From the IMG/VR virus record IMGVR_UViG_3300025471_000688: DNA of 64,000 nt. One strand, given 5' to 3'. Under the pieces are notes generated by a model. The model had not been told where the DNA came from. It was given only the letters and a program-made list of their open reading frames with translations, and did not search any database. Numbering within the stretch: position 1 is the stretch's first letter; every line of letters starts with the position of its first letter. This document shows, piece after piece, positions 18,599 to 27,983 of the stretch. The stretch is from an uncultured virus (IMG/VR IMGVR_UViG_3300025471_000688). Its lineage: Duplodnaviria > Heunggongvirae > Uroviricota > Caudoviricetes. The translations under genes and the position numbers were made by a program.

Positions 18599-20072
18599 GA
18601 TGGACTTCGACTATCGGCGTGCCGGCGATCGTGAAGGGCCTGTCCGGGTTTACCCGAATCCCTTTCATTCGGCGGCCTTCATAGAAAGCGTTCCAGGCGG
18701 CAGCCGCGACGTGCAATTGCATCGGGATCGACTTTTCGCGGACCTGCAGCCTTTTGTACAGGGCGCGCCGCGGATCGCTGCGGTCCAGACCCATGTCTTC
18801 CTCGGCCAGCCTGGCAATCGGGCCCCAGAACTGAGCGGCGTGTTGCGTGTGGAACTTCAACGTCATGAGCGCCACGGCGGCAACGGTCTGGCAGTGCAGC
18901 GCGTCTTTCACCGCGCGTGGCGCGGGAGCGATCAATTCGAAATACCGCTTGGCGAAGGGCGACCAGCGAAGCGCTATCGCATTGCGTTCAGCCGAAGACT
19001 GCATCATCTTGGCCGCTTGCCGCGATTGGGGCAGATGAAAGCCGGCCTGAACAAACGGCACGGTGCGTAACAACACAGCCAGTTCGCGTTTACTCAGTCC
19101 GGTCTTGGGCAACAGCCAGCTGGCGGATTCCACCGGCGTGCGTACGGAACTCGCTGCGTCGAAAATGGAATATAACTGCGCCAGTTCCTTTTCGTTTTCG
19201 ACGGGATGCACGGCAATGAGGAAGCTCTGCCCTTTGCCGCTCTCGATGACAGCCTCCGTGCGATGCTGACCGTCGACGCGGATCAACTTGCCATTCAGCG
19301 AACCGAAGGCCAACAGCGATCCCTGGAAGAACCTGTCGGCAGCCATGTCCCTGACGTGCTGCGCGAGTCGATCCTCCCGCAAAGGACGCTCATGCTCATA
19401 ACGGCACTCCGCGTTGATACGCCGGGCCAATTCCGGAGTCACGAACACTCGCGTTCCGTCCTTGAGGAACTGGTCCAGCGGCGCATCCCCCGGTGTCGCC
19501 CGCAAGGGCGCGAGCGCATCGCCGGCCGTGCGCCCATTCACTGGAGCGGCGGCCGGAGCCGGATGCTGCTGCGCCGGCGGCGGCGTGATGCGTTTCTCGG
19601 CTTCTGGCGCCAGCCGCGAGGCAGCAGGCGAGAAAGCCAAACTGCGTAGCTCCTCTTGGTTACCAACCGGCGTTACACGAATCGGAAACCGCACCGCGAT
19701 CCCGCTGCGGCTGACTGCCGCCAGACGATCCCACCCATTGATGAGGATCAGTCGACCTTCCACCAGAGCAAATGACAGCGGTCGAGTCCATAGCTGACCG
19801 TCCTTGATTTTGGCCGCGAGAAAATCGACGTGCCACTTTCCCGGCGGGGCTTGGTGCTCGCAGCGGCACTCTGTCACAATGCGCTGTGCCAGCGCCGGAG
19901 TAACTTCTACCACGGAGCGATGGCGAAGGATCTGGTTCAAGTCGGTGGGGCCTGCCGGCGACGGCAGGCCGGGGAACTTGGCCGCGGCAGCGGCCTGACT
20001 CGCGGATAGATTTGCGGTAGACAATGCTTTTCTCCAAACAAGGTTTTCTCCAGAACGAATTACCGGGGGCAT
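18561..20072 (-). CDS. Tandem DGQHR/ParB-like domain protein
   Basis: Two homologous units: VTPALAQRI...LINGWDRLAAV and VTPELARRI...RVDGQHRTEAV. Confidence 0.65.
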   Translation of the reverse strand: MPPVIRSGENLVWRKALSTANLSASQAAAAAKFPGLPSPAGPTDLNQILRHRSVVEVTPALAQRIVTECRCEHQAPPGKWHVDFLAAKIKDGQLWTRPLSFALVEGRLILINGWDRLAAVSRSGIAVRFPIRVTPVGNQEELRSLAFSPAASRLAPEAEKRITPPPAQQHPAPAAAPVNGRTAGDALAPLRATPGDAPLDQFLKDGTRVFVTPELARRINAECRYEHERPLREDRLAQHVRDMAADRFFQGSLLAFGSLNGKLIRVDGQHRTEAVIESGKGQSFLIAVHPVENEKELAQLYSIFDAASSVRTPVESASWLLPKTGLSKRELAVLLRTVPFVQAGFHLPQSRQAAKMMQSSAERNAIALRWSPFAKRYFELIAPAPRAVKDALHCQTVAAVALMTLKFHTQHAAQFWGPIARLAEEDMGLDRSDPRRALYKRLQVREKSIPMQLHVAAAAWNAFYEGRRMKGIRVNPDRPFTIAGTPIVEVHLEGDDDAAERSN

Positions 20073-20171
20073 TCACAGGCTGCTGGAGAACCAGCCTGTG
20101 CCTTGAGGGTTGGAGAAGCCCCGCCCCCGGTAAACTTTGAAACTCCGTACGCTCACGCACCGCTGGGGCGC

Positions 20172-20267
20172 GACGACCGCGTGACGACCTGACGACCTCT
20201 TTTCGGTCGTCACGCTGGCGAAATCGTGCCATCCGGACACCGCCGGGCGCGAGGCCCGGGAAGGACC
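20172..20267 (-). other. Candidate cos site (cosQ-cosN-cosB-like)
   Basis: Minus strand GGGTCCT (identical to lambda cosQ) at 20267-20261, then TTTCGC, then four GACGACC units (3 direct, 1 inverted). Confidence 0.55.
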
Positions 20268-20275
20268 CAGAATTG

Positions 20276-20659
20276 CTACAGGTAGCGCGGCCCCTTCGGC
20301 CTGTGGCGGGTCGCGGCGCTTCCCTGGCACGCCTGCCAACTGCGCGGCAGATGCCGGTTCGGGTAGTGCCGCAACGCCTGCCAGATCTCCCGCTTCCGCT
20401 TCGCCGGCAGACTGGCGAAGAGCCTGAGCGCGCCCTTCGCAGGGTCGATGCCCGATCGCTCGCAGATCTGCCGGAAGCTGAAGACGTGGTGCGGATGGCG
20501 GTCGACGAAACACCAGCGCGCGGCATCGAGCATGAGATCGATCGATTCTTCCTGCTCATCCCTGGTCATGCGGAAGCCGTCCGTGCGCAGCCACAAATCG
20601 CGCACGGCCTGCTTCAAGATGGCCAGATCGAGCTTTTGCTGAAGCCGGGGATCGATCAT
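20276..20659 (-). CDS. Hypothetical protein
   Basis: 127 aa from MIDPRLQQ; AILKQAVRDL...ARWCF...FSFRQICE motif typical of phage ORFs. Confidence 0.6.
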   Translation of the reverse strand: MIDPRLQQKLDLAILKQAVRDLWLRTDGFRMTRDEQEESIDLMLDAARWCFVDRHPHHVFSFRQICERSGIDPAKGALRLFASLPAKRKREIWQALRHYPNRHLPRSWQACQGSAATRHRPKGPRYL

Positions 20660-20964
20660 CGCTCGACCAGGCAGTCCGCGACCACTTGAAGAAACAGCGG
20701 CCGCAGTTCGTCGCATTTGCCCAACCGCCGGAGCGACCACGTGATCTTGCCGTTGGCCAGGTGCTCCCGATACGAGTACGCCCTCCCGCGGAAGCGCACG
20801 ACCGGCTCACCGGGACGGCGGTGGAAAATGCATCGAGCGATGTGGCCCTTCGGATGGCGGACGACCTTCGCCAAACCGAGCCGTTCGAGGCGATTGGCTC
20901 TCTGCTCCGAGATCCAATCGCACAGATGCAGATCCGCCGCGTAAAGCGGGATTGGCTTTGCCAT
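20656..20964 (-). CDS. Hypothetical protein
   Basis: 102 aa; 4-nt overlap with the next ORF. Confidence 0.55.
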   Translation of the reverse strand: MAKPIPLYAADLHLCDWISEQRANRLERLGLAKVVRHPKGHIARCIFHRRPGEPVVRFRGRAYSYREHLANGKITWSLRRLGKCDELRPLFLQVVADCLVER

Positions 20965-21089
20965 CGGGGAGACAATCCTGGCTTTGCAAAATGCGGGATG
21001 GAGTTTTACGAGAGTCCCGGCGCTCGCTGAGCTACTTGTGGGAGGGATCTTTCGGAGGGTGCGCTTTGCGCCGGCCTGTCGAACCGAGC

Positions 21090-21129
21090 CTCTGACAATA
21101 GATACTCACGAACCCGTCAAATTGTCCAA
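21090..21129 (-). promoter_or_regulatory. Putative phage promoter, copy 1 (TTGGACA-N12-CGTGAGTATCTATTGTCAGAG)
   Basis: Two conserved blocks with identical spacing recur at 41711-41750; both copies are intergenic and upstream of minus-strand operons. Confidence 0.6.
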
Positions 21130-21152
21130 AAAATGTTGCGGCGCGTGGTCTA

Positions 21153-21848
21153 TCACCGGATTCGCTTTAGCCACGGCTGTTCGACATCGGGATTATAGAA
21201 ATGCTGCCGAACGCCGTCCTTGAGGATGATTTCAACCGCCTGCGCGGTGACCTCGCCGATTCGATCGCCGGGTTTCAGATAGCAAACAAGCCCGCGCCGC
21301 GGATCGAATATGCCACGGCCGCCGGCGCCATAGAGCCGTTCCCTTTTCCAGCCCAGAGACAGCGCGCGTTCGCTGATCGCATCCACCATGGCGACCGCTT
21401 CGGGCGCGACATGACTGCTCTCTCTCGAGCGCGTCGCCGGAACACGCGGGGCGTCGTCCTTGGCCACCGGCGGCTTGTAATCGGCCGCGCGCATCGTCCG
21501 CACGGCTTCGAGCAGCCGCTCCTCCCCGAAATGCTCGAGCGCCCATTCGTGCACGGCGTTGAACCGCACACGCAGGTCTTCGAACGCGGCCGCAGAGAGC
21601 TTCCCGGCCGCCGCCGCTTGTTTGGCCAGCACCATCCGCGACCGCAGCCACGCGTAATACTCGGGATCGAGCCGCCGGTACATCGTGTCGTTGATCTGTA
21701 CGTCGCGGGCGAACCATTCCGGATTCGCTGTCGCCCACGTGTCGAGGGCGGAAGAAACAAAGACGGCGAGACTCGGCCGGCCTTTATCGTTCGTGACCAC
21801 GCGTTCAGTCTCGGCCGCACTTACTGCGGTGTCCTCTACCGCTGTCAT
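21153..21848 (-). CDS. Hypothetical protein
   Basis: 231 aa after the primase; RBS GAGGAGG. Confidence 0.65.
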   Translation of the reverse strand: MTAVEDTAVSAAETERVVTNDKGRPSLAVFVSSALDTWATANPEWFARDVQINDTMYRRLDPEYYAWLRSRMVLAKQAAAAGKLSAAAFEDLRVRFNAVHEWALEHFGEERLLEAVRTMRAADYKPPVAKDDAPRVPATRSRESSHVAPEAVAMVDAISERALSLGWKRERLYGAGGRGIFDPRRGLVCYLKPGDRIGEVTAQAVEIILKDGVRQHFYNPDVEQPWLKRIR

Positions 21849-21898
21849 CGATGTGCCTCCTCAATTGCCAGGGATTTTGATCGCAACTTGGCGATCAG

Positions 21899-24800
21899 CT
21901 ACGGCGGTTCGTCATCGCGACCGCCGCCCGAATCCGGCAACCGGGCCAGGTCGATGGCCGAACCAATGCCGCCATCTGGGGACCTGGGGACCTTGGGGGA
22001 CCTTTTGGGGACCTCAGTGTTCAAGGTCCCCAAATCAGATCTGGTTTGTTTTGTGTCGATTGCAGACGGTTTGGGGACCTTGGGGACCTTGAGGCCGGTT
22101 TCCGCTATACCTGCGTGAGAAAAATTCAAAAATTCTCCCTCACCCGGAATTTCTTCTTTTTTCGAATCTCGCGCGCGAAGATCCCCTCCAAGGTCCCCAA
22201 GGTCCCCAACTTCTCCGAAACTGATTGGATCAATGGGGCTTAGCGTTTGGGGACCTTCAAAACCAAGGTCCCCAAAGGTCCCCAAGGTCCCCAAATCGAC
22301 CGGACCGGTCGGAGTCGGCCGGCCCGGCGCGTTCATCTGGAGGGCGTACATGGCCGCGCCCTTATGCTTGGTCTGCGGATCGACTTTGACAATCCGGTAT
22401 CGATCAAACACCTGATCGCGCCGGTTGTGCAGCGCGTTTCCGAGCCTTGTCTGCTGTGAACGCTCTGAGCGGTCACCCCGCAGATCCAGCATCAGCCCTT
22501 CCCGTTCGCACAACTCGTTCAGCTCCGAAACCTTCTTGGGTTCCGTTTCGAAAGCATCCCACCAGGCTGCGGTGAACCTGCGCCACTCCTGGCCTTCGGA
22601 ATCGGCGGCGTCATAGAGTTCATCGAGGCTCTCCAGAAATCCGGGTATGCCGGCAGCCTGAAGAATGCCGCCGATCGTCGCCGACCACGCCTCATAGGAA
22701 CCGAGCCGAACAGTGTGGATGGGGCGGCCGGCAGCCAGCCACGCCTTCACCAGGACAATCACAGCCTGGACTAGGCGAGGCCGGTTCTCGCGAATCCAGC
22801 CCACCAGATCCGGATGCCGAAACCCGGCGCGCTTCCACGGCCGGTCTATTTTGGGATCGATCCGGATGCGCACGCAGCGGCGCGGCATGTCTCCCGTGAG
22901 TTTCGGGTTGTTCCCCGTCATGAGCCAAAGGGCCAGGTTCGGCACCCGGACGTCCTCGAGGCTGCCCAGCATGCGGTCGCTCCATATCTCGGCCGTAGTG
23001 ATTGCGGCGAGCGCGCGGGAGATGATGGACTTCCGCTCATCAACGTTATCGAGCAGGATTACCGGGCGCGCCTTGAGCAGTTCGGTCGTCAACAGCTTCC
23101 GGATCTCGTCTTCGCTGTCCGGCAGCGTTTTGGTATCGCAGGGGACGCCGTGGGCCACAAGCGAAATGACATTGGCCAGCAATCCTTTTCCGGAGCCTTG
23201 CCGCGGCGCCTCGATCAGGTGGATGGGAGAAGGGCCGCTGAACAGCCGCCGCACGAAGGGAAAGATCATTGCGGCCACGGCGTGCGCGGCATCGGATCGG
23301 CTGACGAACGGGAAATCGCCCAGTAGTTCGTCGAGCAGCAGCGTGCGGGCAGCAGCGATCTCTCTGGTGGAAGGCGCGTCCGGGATCTCGGACAGATCGA
23401 TCGTGTCCAGGGGATTCAGCCAGACCTTCTCGTCGCGGTGGTACCCAGGTTCGGCAACCAACCGGCCATTGCGGCCGAAGACAGGGGTCCGAAGAACAGC
23501 TTCAAGTTGCGGAAGCGCCGGATCGGGAAAATGGCTCATGACCCGGGTGAGGTCGGCCGGGGGATGCACATTGAGGACCGCCTCCTCTGTCACCTTGACC
23601 CAGTTCGCAGCGAGCACGAGGAGCGCGAAAAGCGAGCCCTCGGTCACGGTCTCGATTTCAATGCCCTCCTCCTGACTTCCGCAAAGCCGCACGAGTGAGT
23701 CTTGCCGCCGAAACAGAAAATACGGCAGACGTTCAGGCGAGGTGAGGTCGCCGTTCAGCGCGTGGATGGCTCGCCAGGCATCGGCTGCCACCCGATAGAG
23801 CTGGCGATTGTTGATCTGAATCGCCGGCAGGTTCTCATCCGCTGTGTGCGGCTCGCCGTCGGCAGGCGCTCTCGAACCGCCACGAGCGTGCCGCCGGCGA
23901 GTTGCGGCATTCAGCTCGACAACCTTGAGCTGCTTCCTCAACGTGCCGACCGGGACTTTGCGCTTGCCAACGCGCGCCTGGATCAGCCGGAGATGGCGGT
24001 CCTGCTCAATCGGGTCGAGCCGGCCCACTTCCGTCAGGACCGGCTCAAGCAGTCGGCTGAGTTCTGTATCCGGTACATCAGCACTGAGTTTGGAAATCGC
24101 CAGTTCGAGCGGCGTCTGCGCCGCCGCGAGAATCGCTTCAAAATCGCCCGCCATCTTGCCTGAGGCAAAGAACTCGTTGACGTCGATTTTGGCGTCGGCC
24201 AGGAGCTCTTCGGATTCGGCGGCCCCGGCGGCCAGTTTCTCGCGTGCGGCCCGCTGCTTGTCGCCGAGCGGCAGGATGGCCACCCGCGTCATGATGCCGT
24301 GGCCCGCCAGGATGCGCGCAGTCTTCAAGGCGCCCTGCATCCCGGCCTCGGAGACTTCGTTGTCCTGGCAGACGTAAACAGTCTTGACGCCGCGTAGTTT
24401 CGGCAGCAGCCGTTCCCAATCCGCCACGCGGATCTGGACCGTGACCGGCGAGACTGCCGGAAATCCGTGCTGCATGAGGGAAATGCAATCCGTCACGCCC
24501 TCGGTAATGATCACGCGCTCCGGGCGCGTCAGCAGCACGTCTTCGTTGTAGAGGACGTCGTTTTGGATGCATGGCGCGACGTGCGCGTGGTCGCGCTCAT
24601 TTCGGACCGCCAGTTTCTTGTACTTCGACTTCTCCCAAGCCTGGTCCGGCGTCCACGGCGTGCGGCGCCCAATCATGAACACGACACGGCCGCGGCTCCA
24701 GTAGGGAAACACGATGCGGCCAATGAAGAACGGCACGATGCCGTCCTGCGCCGTCGGCCGGAACGCCGACGTGGCCGTCAATTCACGCATCGTGAACGCG

Positions 24801-25381
24801 CCCGGCCCATCCATCAGCACCCGCGCCACGCTGGGCTCGCCATCGTCTGCGAGACCGATCTTCAGGCGTGAGATCGTTTCATCGCCGATGCCGTATTTTT
24901 TCTGGAACCAGGCGAGGACTTCCGGATTCACCAGAAGCCGCTGGTGGTACAGTTCCGCGAGAGCCGTGAGCGCTTCACGGACACGAATCGCAGTCTGGTA
25001 GGCTGCCTCGGCTTCCTCTGGCTTTCCGGAGGCCAGCTTCGACAGCGGCGGCATGCCAACCCGCGCCGCCAGGAAATCCCGCGCCTGGCGGTGAGATTCG
25101 GGCATGCGCCCGGACTGGCCACGAGTTACGACGCCATGATGGACGAATTCGACGAGGTGGAGGACATCGCCGCCGACACCACAACCCCAGCAGTACCAGC
25201 ATTGTTCGTCGAGCGAGACGTGGAGCGACCGATGCGACTGGCTGGCGTGGTTCGGGCAATCGCAGAACAGCGTCTGCCGCGATTCGTGCGTGATGCGGCT
25301 GCCGAGCAGTTCGCGGGCGATCTCGCCGATGTCCACATCAGTGACCTGCCGGTAGTAGGTTTGTGCGTCGGGCGCATTCAC
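21899..25381 (-). CDS. DNA primase (CHC2 Zn finger + TOPRIM) fused to a P-loop helicase-like domain
   Basis: CPNH...CWGC, ITEGVTD, CQDNE, APRQGSGKG, ILLDNV. Confidence 0.85.
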   Translation of the reverse strand: MNAPDAQTYYRQVTDVDIGEIARELLGSRITHESRQTLFCDCPNHASQSHRSLHVSLDEQCWYCWGCGVGGDVLHLVEFVHHGVVTRGQSGRMPESHRQARDFLAARVGMPPLSKLASGKPEEAEAAYQTAIRVREALTALAELYHQRLLVNPEVLAWFQKKYGIGDETISRLKIGLADDGEPSVARVLMDGPGAFTMRELTATSAFRPTAQDGIVPFFIGRIVFPYWSRGRVVFMIGRRTPWTPDQAWEKSKYKKLAVRNERDHAHVAPCIQNDVLYNEDVLLTRPERVIITEGVTDCISLMQHGFPAVSPVTVQIRVADWERLLPKLRGVKTVYVCQDNEVSEAGMQGALKTARILAGHGIMTRVAILPLGDKQRAAREKLAAGAAESEELLADAKIDVNEFFASGKMAGDFEAILAAAQTPLELAISKLSADVPDTELSRLLEPVLTEVGRLDPIEQDRHLRLIQARVGKRKVPVGTLRKQLKVVELNAATRRRHARGGSRAPADGEPHTADENLPAIQINNRQLYRVAADAWRAIHALNGDLTSPERLPYFLFRRQDSLVRLCGSQEEGIEIETVTEGSLFALLVLAANWVKVTEEAVLNVHPPADLTRVMSHFPDPALPQLEAVLRTPVFGRNGRLVAEPGYHRDEKVWLNPLDTIDLSEIPDAPSTREIAAARTLLLDELLGDFPFVSRSDAAHAVAAMIFPFVRRLFSGPSPIHLIEAPRQGSGKGLLANVISLVAHGVPCDTKTLPDSEDEIRKLLTTELLKARPVILLDNVDERKSIISRALAAITTAEIWSDRMLGSLEDVRVPNLALWLMTGNNPKLTGDMPRRCVRIRIDPKIDRPWKRAGFRHPDLVGWIRENRPRLVQAVIVLVKAWLAAGRPIHTVRLGSYEAWSATIGGILQAAGIPGFLESLDELYDAADSEGQEWRRFTAAWWDAFETEPKKVSELNELCEREGLMLDLRGDRSERSQQTRLGNALHNRRDQVFDRYRIVKVDPQTKHKGAAMYALQMNAPGRPTPTGPVDLGTLGTFGDLGFEGPQTLSPIDPISFGEVGDLGDLGGDLRARDSKKEEIPGEGEFLNFSHAGIAETGLKVPKVPKPSAIDTKQTRSDLGTLNTEVPKRSPKVPRSPDGGIGSAIDLARLPDSGGGRDDEPP
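21978..22292. repeat. Iteron-like cluster of 13 GGGGACC/GGTCCCC units; putative replication origin
   Basis: 7 forward and 6 reverse copies counted by eye, around an A/T-rich core at ~22119-22165. Confidence 0.7.
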
Positions 25382-27570
25382 GGCCGTGCCTCGGGATTGA
25401 GCAGGAAGGAAAGGAACGTGTTGCGGCGATCCACCTGGCGCTTCGCCGCGCAGTTCTCGATGCCCCAGTGGTCGCCCAGCAGGATGACGGATTCCTTGGC
25501 GCGCGTCACCGCCGTGTACAGGAGATTGCGGTGGTGCATGAAGGAGTGCGATTTGTGAGCGATCACCACCGCGCAGGGAAACTCCGATCCCTGCACCTTG
25601 TGGATGGAAGTCGCGTAGGCCAACTGCACGTTGCCGGCGGCATCGGATCCGGCTTCGATTTCGACCGACCGGCCATCGAAGTCGACGGTCAGCCCGCCGT
25701 TTTTCCCGACATCGAGCACCACACCCATGGCGCCGTTCATCACGCCCAGTTCGTAGTCGTTCTTCGTCTGGATGACCTTGTCGCCCGGATACAGCCGGAG
25801 CCGGTGGCCGTGCTCGACATCAGGCACGTCGAATCCGAAAAGCTTCTTCTGCAGCAGCCGCTGGAGTTCGATATTCAGCTCGACGGTACCGAGCGGACCC
25901 CGGTGCGTCGGGGTCAGCACCTGGACGTCGCGGACCAGGTCGTAGCCGAGCCGCTCCTGAAGCACTTCCTCGAACAGAAGCAGCAGCATGCGCTGGACAT
26001 CGCCGGTGTCGGTGAACCGGTCGACGACGTACCATGGCCGCCGCGTGCCGTCCTTCACTTCAGATGTGGGCCGCACCTCACCCGAGAGGATCGCGGTGGA
26101 GTTCTCCTTCAGCACGCCCGCCTGGCGAATGATCCGCGTGAGGACTTTGGTCGGGATCGCCCGCGATTTCACGAGGTCCCGGAGAAGATTCCCTGGACCC
26201 ACGGGCGGCAACTGGTTGTGGTCGCCCACGAGCACGACCGCCGTGCGCCTGAGATCCACTGCCTGGAAAAGCCGCCAGGCAAGCTGCACATCCACCATCG
26301 AGACTTCATCGACGACGAGGATGTCGGCGTCGATTGGATTCAGTGCATCGCGGGAGTAGGTATGGCCGTTGAAGCCGAGCAGCCGGTGGATGGTGCTGGC
26401 CTCGTGGCGAACGACTTGTTCGAGCCGCTTGGCCGCTTTGCCGGTCGGCGCGGCCAGCACGACGCTCTTCTCCAACCGCTCGGCGATCGTCGTGATCGCG
26501 GATACCGCGTACGTCTTTCCGCTCCCGGCGCCGCCGGTCATCAGGGAGATGGAGTAGGTGAGCGCGTTCTTGACGGCTTCCCTCTGTTCCCGGTTCAGCA
26601 ATGCGCCCTCGACATCGAGCAGCCCTTCGAGATCGGTCACCGCGTGCGGACTTCGCGTGTGCGCCGTGGCCAACACGTCCGCCAGTTCCCGCTCCATGCG
26701 GTGGATTTCCGGGTCTGCAACCACCAGCCACTCGAAGGGCCGGGATACAAGCTGCCCCTCCGCGATCATCGCCTCCAGGTGATTTTCGATCACCTCGCGG
26801 CTGTCGAGCGTATCCATCACCAGCAGCGTGTTGGCGCGATCGAGCAGATCCTCGTATTCGACCCAGCAATCGCCGTCATCGAGCGCCGCGAGCACGCAGT
26901 AATGAATGCCGGCGCGAATCCGCGACGGCAGATCCTTGGGCGTGCCCATCTTCCGCGCGATCTTGTCAACGCGCTTGAAACCGAAGCCTGAAATTTCGCG
27001 CATGAGCACGTACGGATCGCGTTCGAGAATCGGAACCACCTGGCTGCCGAACCGCTCCACCAGTGTGGTGACCTGGTGGTGCGTCAGTCCGAACCGCGAG
27101 AGATACGTCATGGCGGCATTGAAATCGCTGTTCGCGATCCAGATCCGCTGTAATTCCAGAATCGACTCCACCGGCGCCTTCGCCACTGCCGCAACGGCCT
27201 CGGGCCGGGTCCGGATCGCGGCATCGAACCCGGCGCCGAAGTGATCCGCGATGAGCCGTGCCTTGGCCGGTCCGATGCCTTTCACGTCCGGATGGTTGGC
27301 GAGGAAATTCGCGAGGCCGTCCGGGTCCATCTCCAGGTCGTAGCCGAGCGCCTCAACCGCGAACTGGCGGCCGTACTTCGGGTGGTGCGTCCACTGGCCT
27401 TCCAGCCGCACCGGATCGCTCGGCTTGACGAACACCTTGCCGGCGAAATTCACCAGCGCGCCTTCGGCCGTCCGCAGCCGCCCGGCCGAAAACGTCGCGC
27501 CGGAGTAGAAGACCGTCTCCACGATGCCCCGCAGGGAGGACCGCGCCTCCGCGGCCGCCGCTTTCGTCAT
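25378..27570 (-). CDS. recD2: RecD2-like SF1B helicase
   Basis: 730 aa; HPKYGRQF, HhH KGIGPAKA, GGAGSGKT, VDEVSMV, GDHNQLPPVGPG, YATSIHKVQGSEF. Confidence 0.92.
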   Translation of the reverse strand: MTKAAAAEARSSLRGIVETVFYSGATFSAGRLRTAEGALVNFAGKVFVKPSDPVRLEGQWTHHPKYGRQFAVEALGYDLEMDPDGLANFLANHPDVKGIGPAKARLIADHFGAGFDAAIRTRPEAVAAVAKAPVESILELQRIWIANSDFNAAMTYLSRFGLTHHQVTTLVERFGSQVVPILERDPYVLMREISGFGFKRVDKIARKMGTPKDLPSRIRAGIHYCVLAALDDGDCWVEYEDLLDRANTLLVMDTLDSREVIENHLEAMIAEGQLVSRPFEWLVVADPEIHRMERELADVLATAHTRSPHAVTDLEGLLDVEGALLNREQREAVKNALTYSISLMTGGAGSGKTYAVSAITTIAERLEKSVVLAAPTGKAAKRLEQVVRHEASTIHRLLGFNGHTYSRDALNPIDADILVVDEVSMVDVQLAWRLFQAVDLRRTAVVLVGDHNQLPPVGPGNLLRDLVKSRAIPTKVLTRIIRQAGVLKENSTAILSGEVRPTSEVKDGTRRPWYVVDRFTDTGDVQRMLLLLFEEVLQERLGYDLVRDVQVLTPTHRGPLGTVELNIELQRLLQKKLFGFDVPDVEHGHRLRLYPGDKVIQTKNDYELGVMNGAMGVVLDVGKNGGLTVDFDGRSVEIEAGSDAAGNVQLAYATSIHKVQGSEFPCAVVIAHKSHSFMHHRNLLYTAVTRAKESVILLGDHWGIENCAAKRQVDRRNTFLSFLLNPEARP

Positions 27571-27983
27571 GAATGCCACCTCGCGTGAGCTGCCAGCAGA
27601 TACGCCTGCACGAACTGGCAGGCGGCCTGCCGGTTGGAACAGAAAAAAACCGGAATGCGGAAATCGAGAATGATCGACAGAGCGCTCCCAAGCACCGCGT
27701 TCGGATGGGCGTCGCCGCGATAGCGGTGGAGCAACACATCGAGAACACCGGCCTCGACCACAATGCACGTGGCGCGGTAGCCCGCGAGCTTCCGCAACTC
27801 ATCTCGAAAGCGCGCGCGGCCGTGGATCACCGTGGAAACGAAATCGTCGAGGGATTTGCGCTCGACTGCTACTTGGTTTTCGAGGCCTTCTATTGAGTAA
27901 TCGCCAGCATCCAGCTTCTTGCGAACTGAGTCGGCAAAGACGTACTCGTCTTTTTCACGCGTGTCGATTACGATACGAGGCAC
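27567..27983 (-). CDS. ERCC4-domain nuclease
   Basis: IDTREK, LDAGDYS, VERKSLDD. Confidence 0.9.
   Translation of the reverse strand: MPRIVIDTREKDEYVFADSVRKKLDAGDYSIEGLENQVAVERKSLDDFVSTVIHGRARFRDELRKLAGYRATCIVVEAGVLDVLLHRYRGDAHPNAVLGSALSIILDFRIPVFFCSNRQAACQFVQAYLLAAHARWHS

Noticed and set aside
21978..22292. Repeat cluster as the missing CRISPR array
   Set aside because: Units are 7-10 bp, in both orientations, irregularly spaced and inside a CDS; there is no repeat-spacer period.
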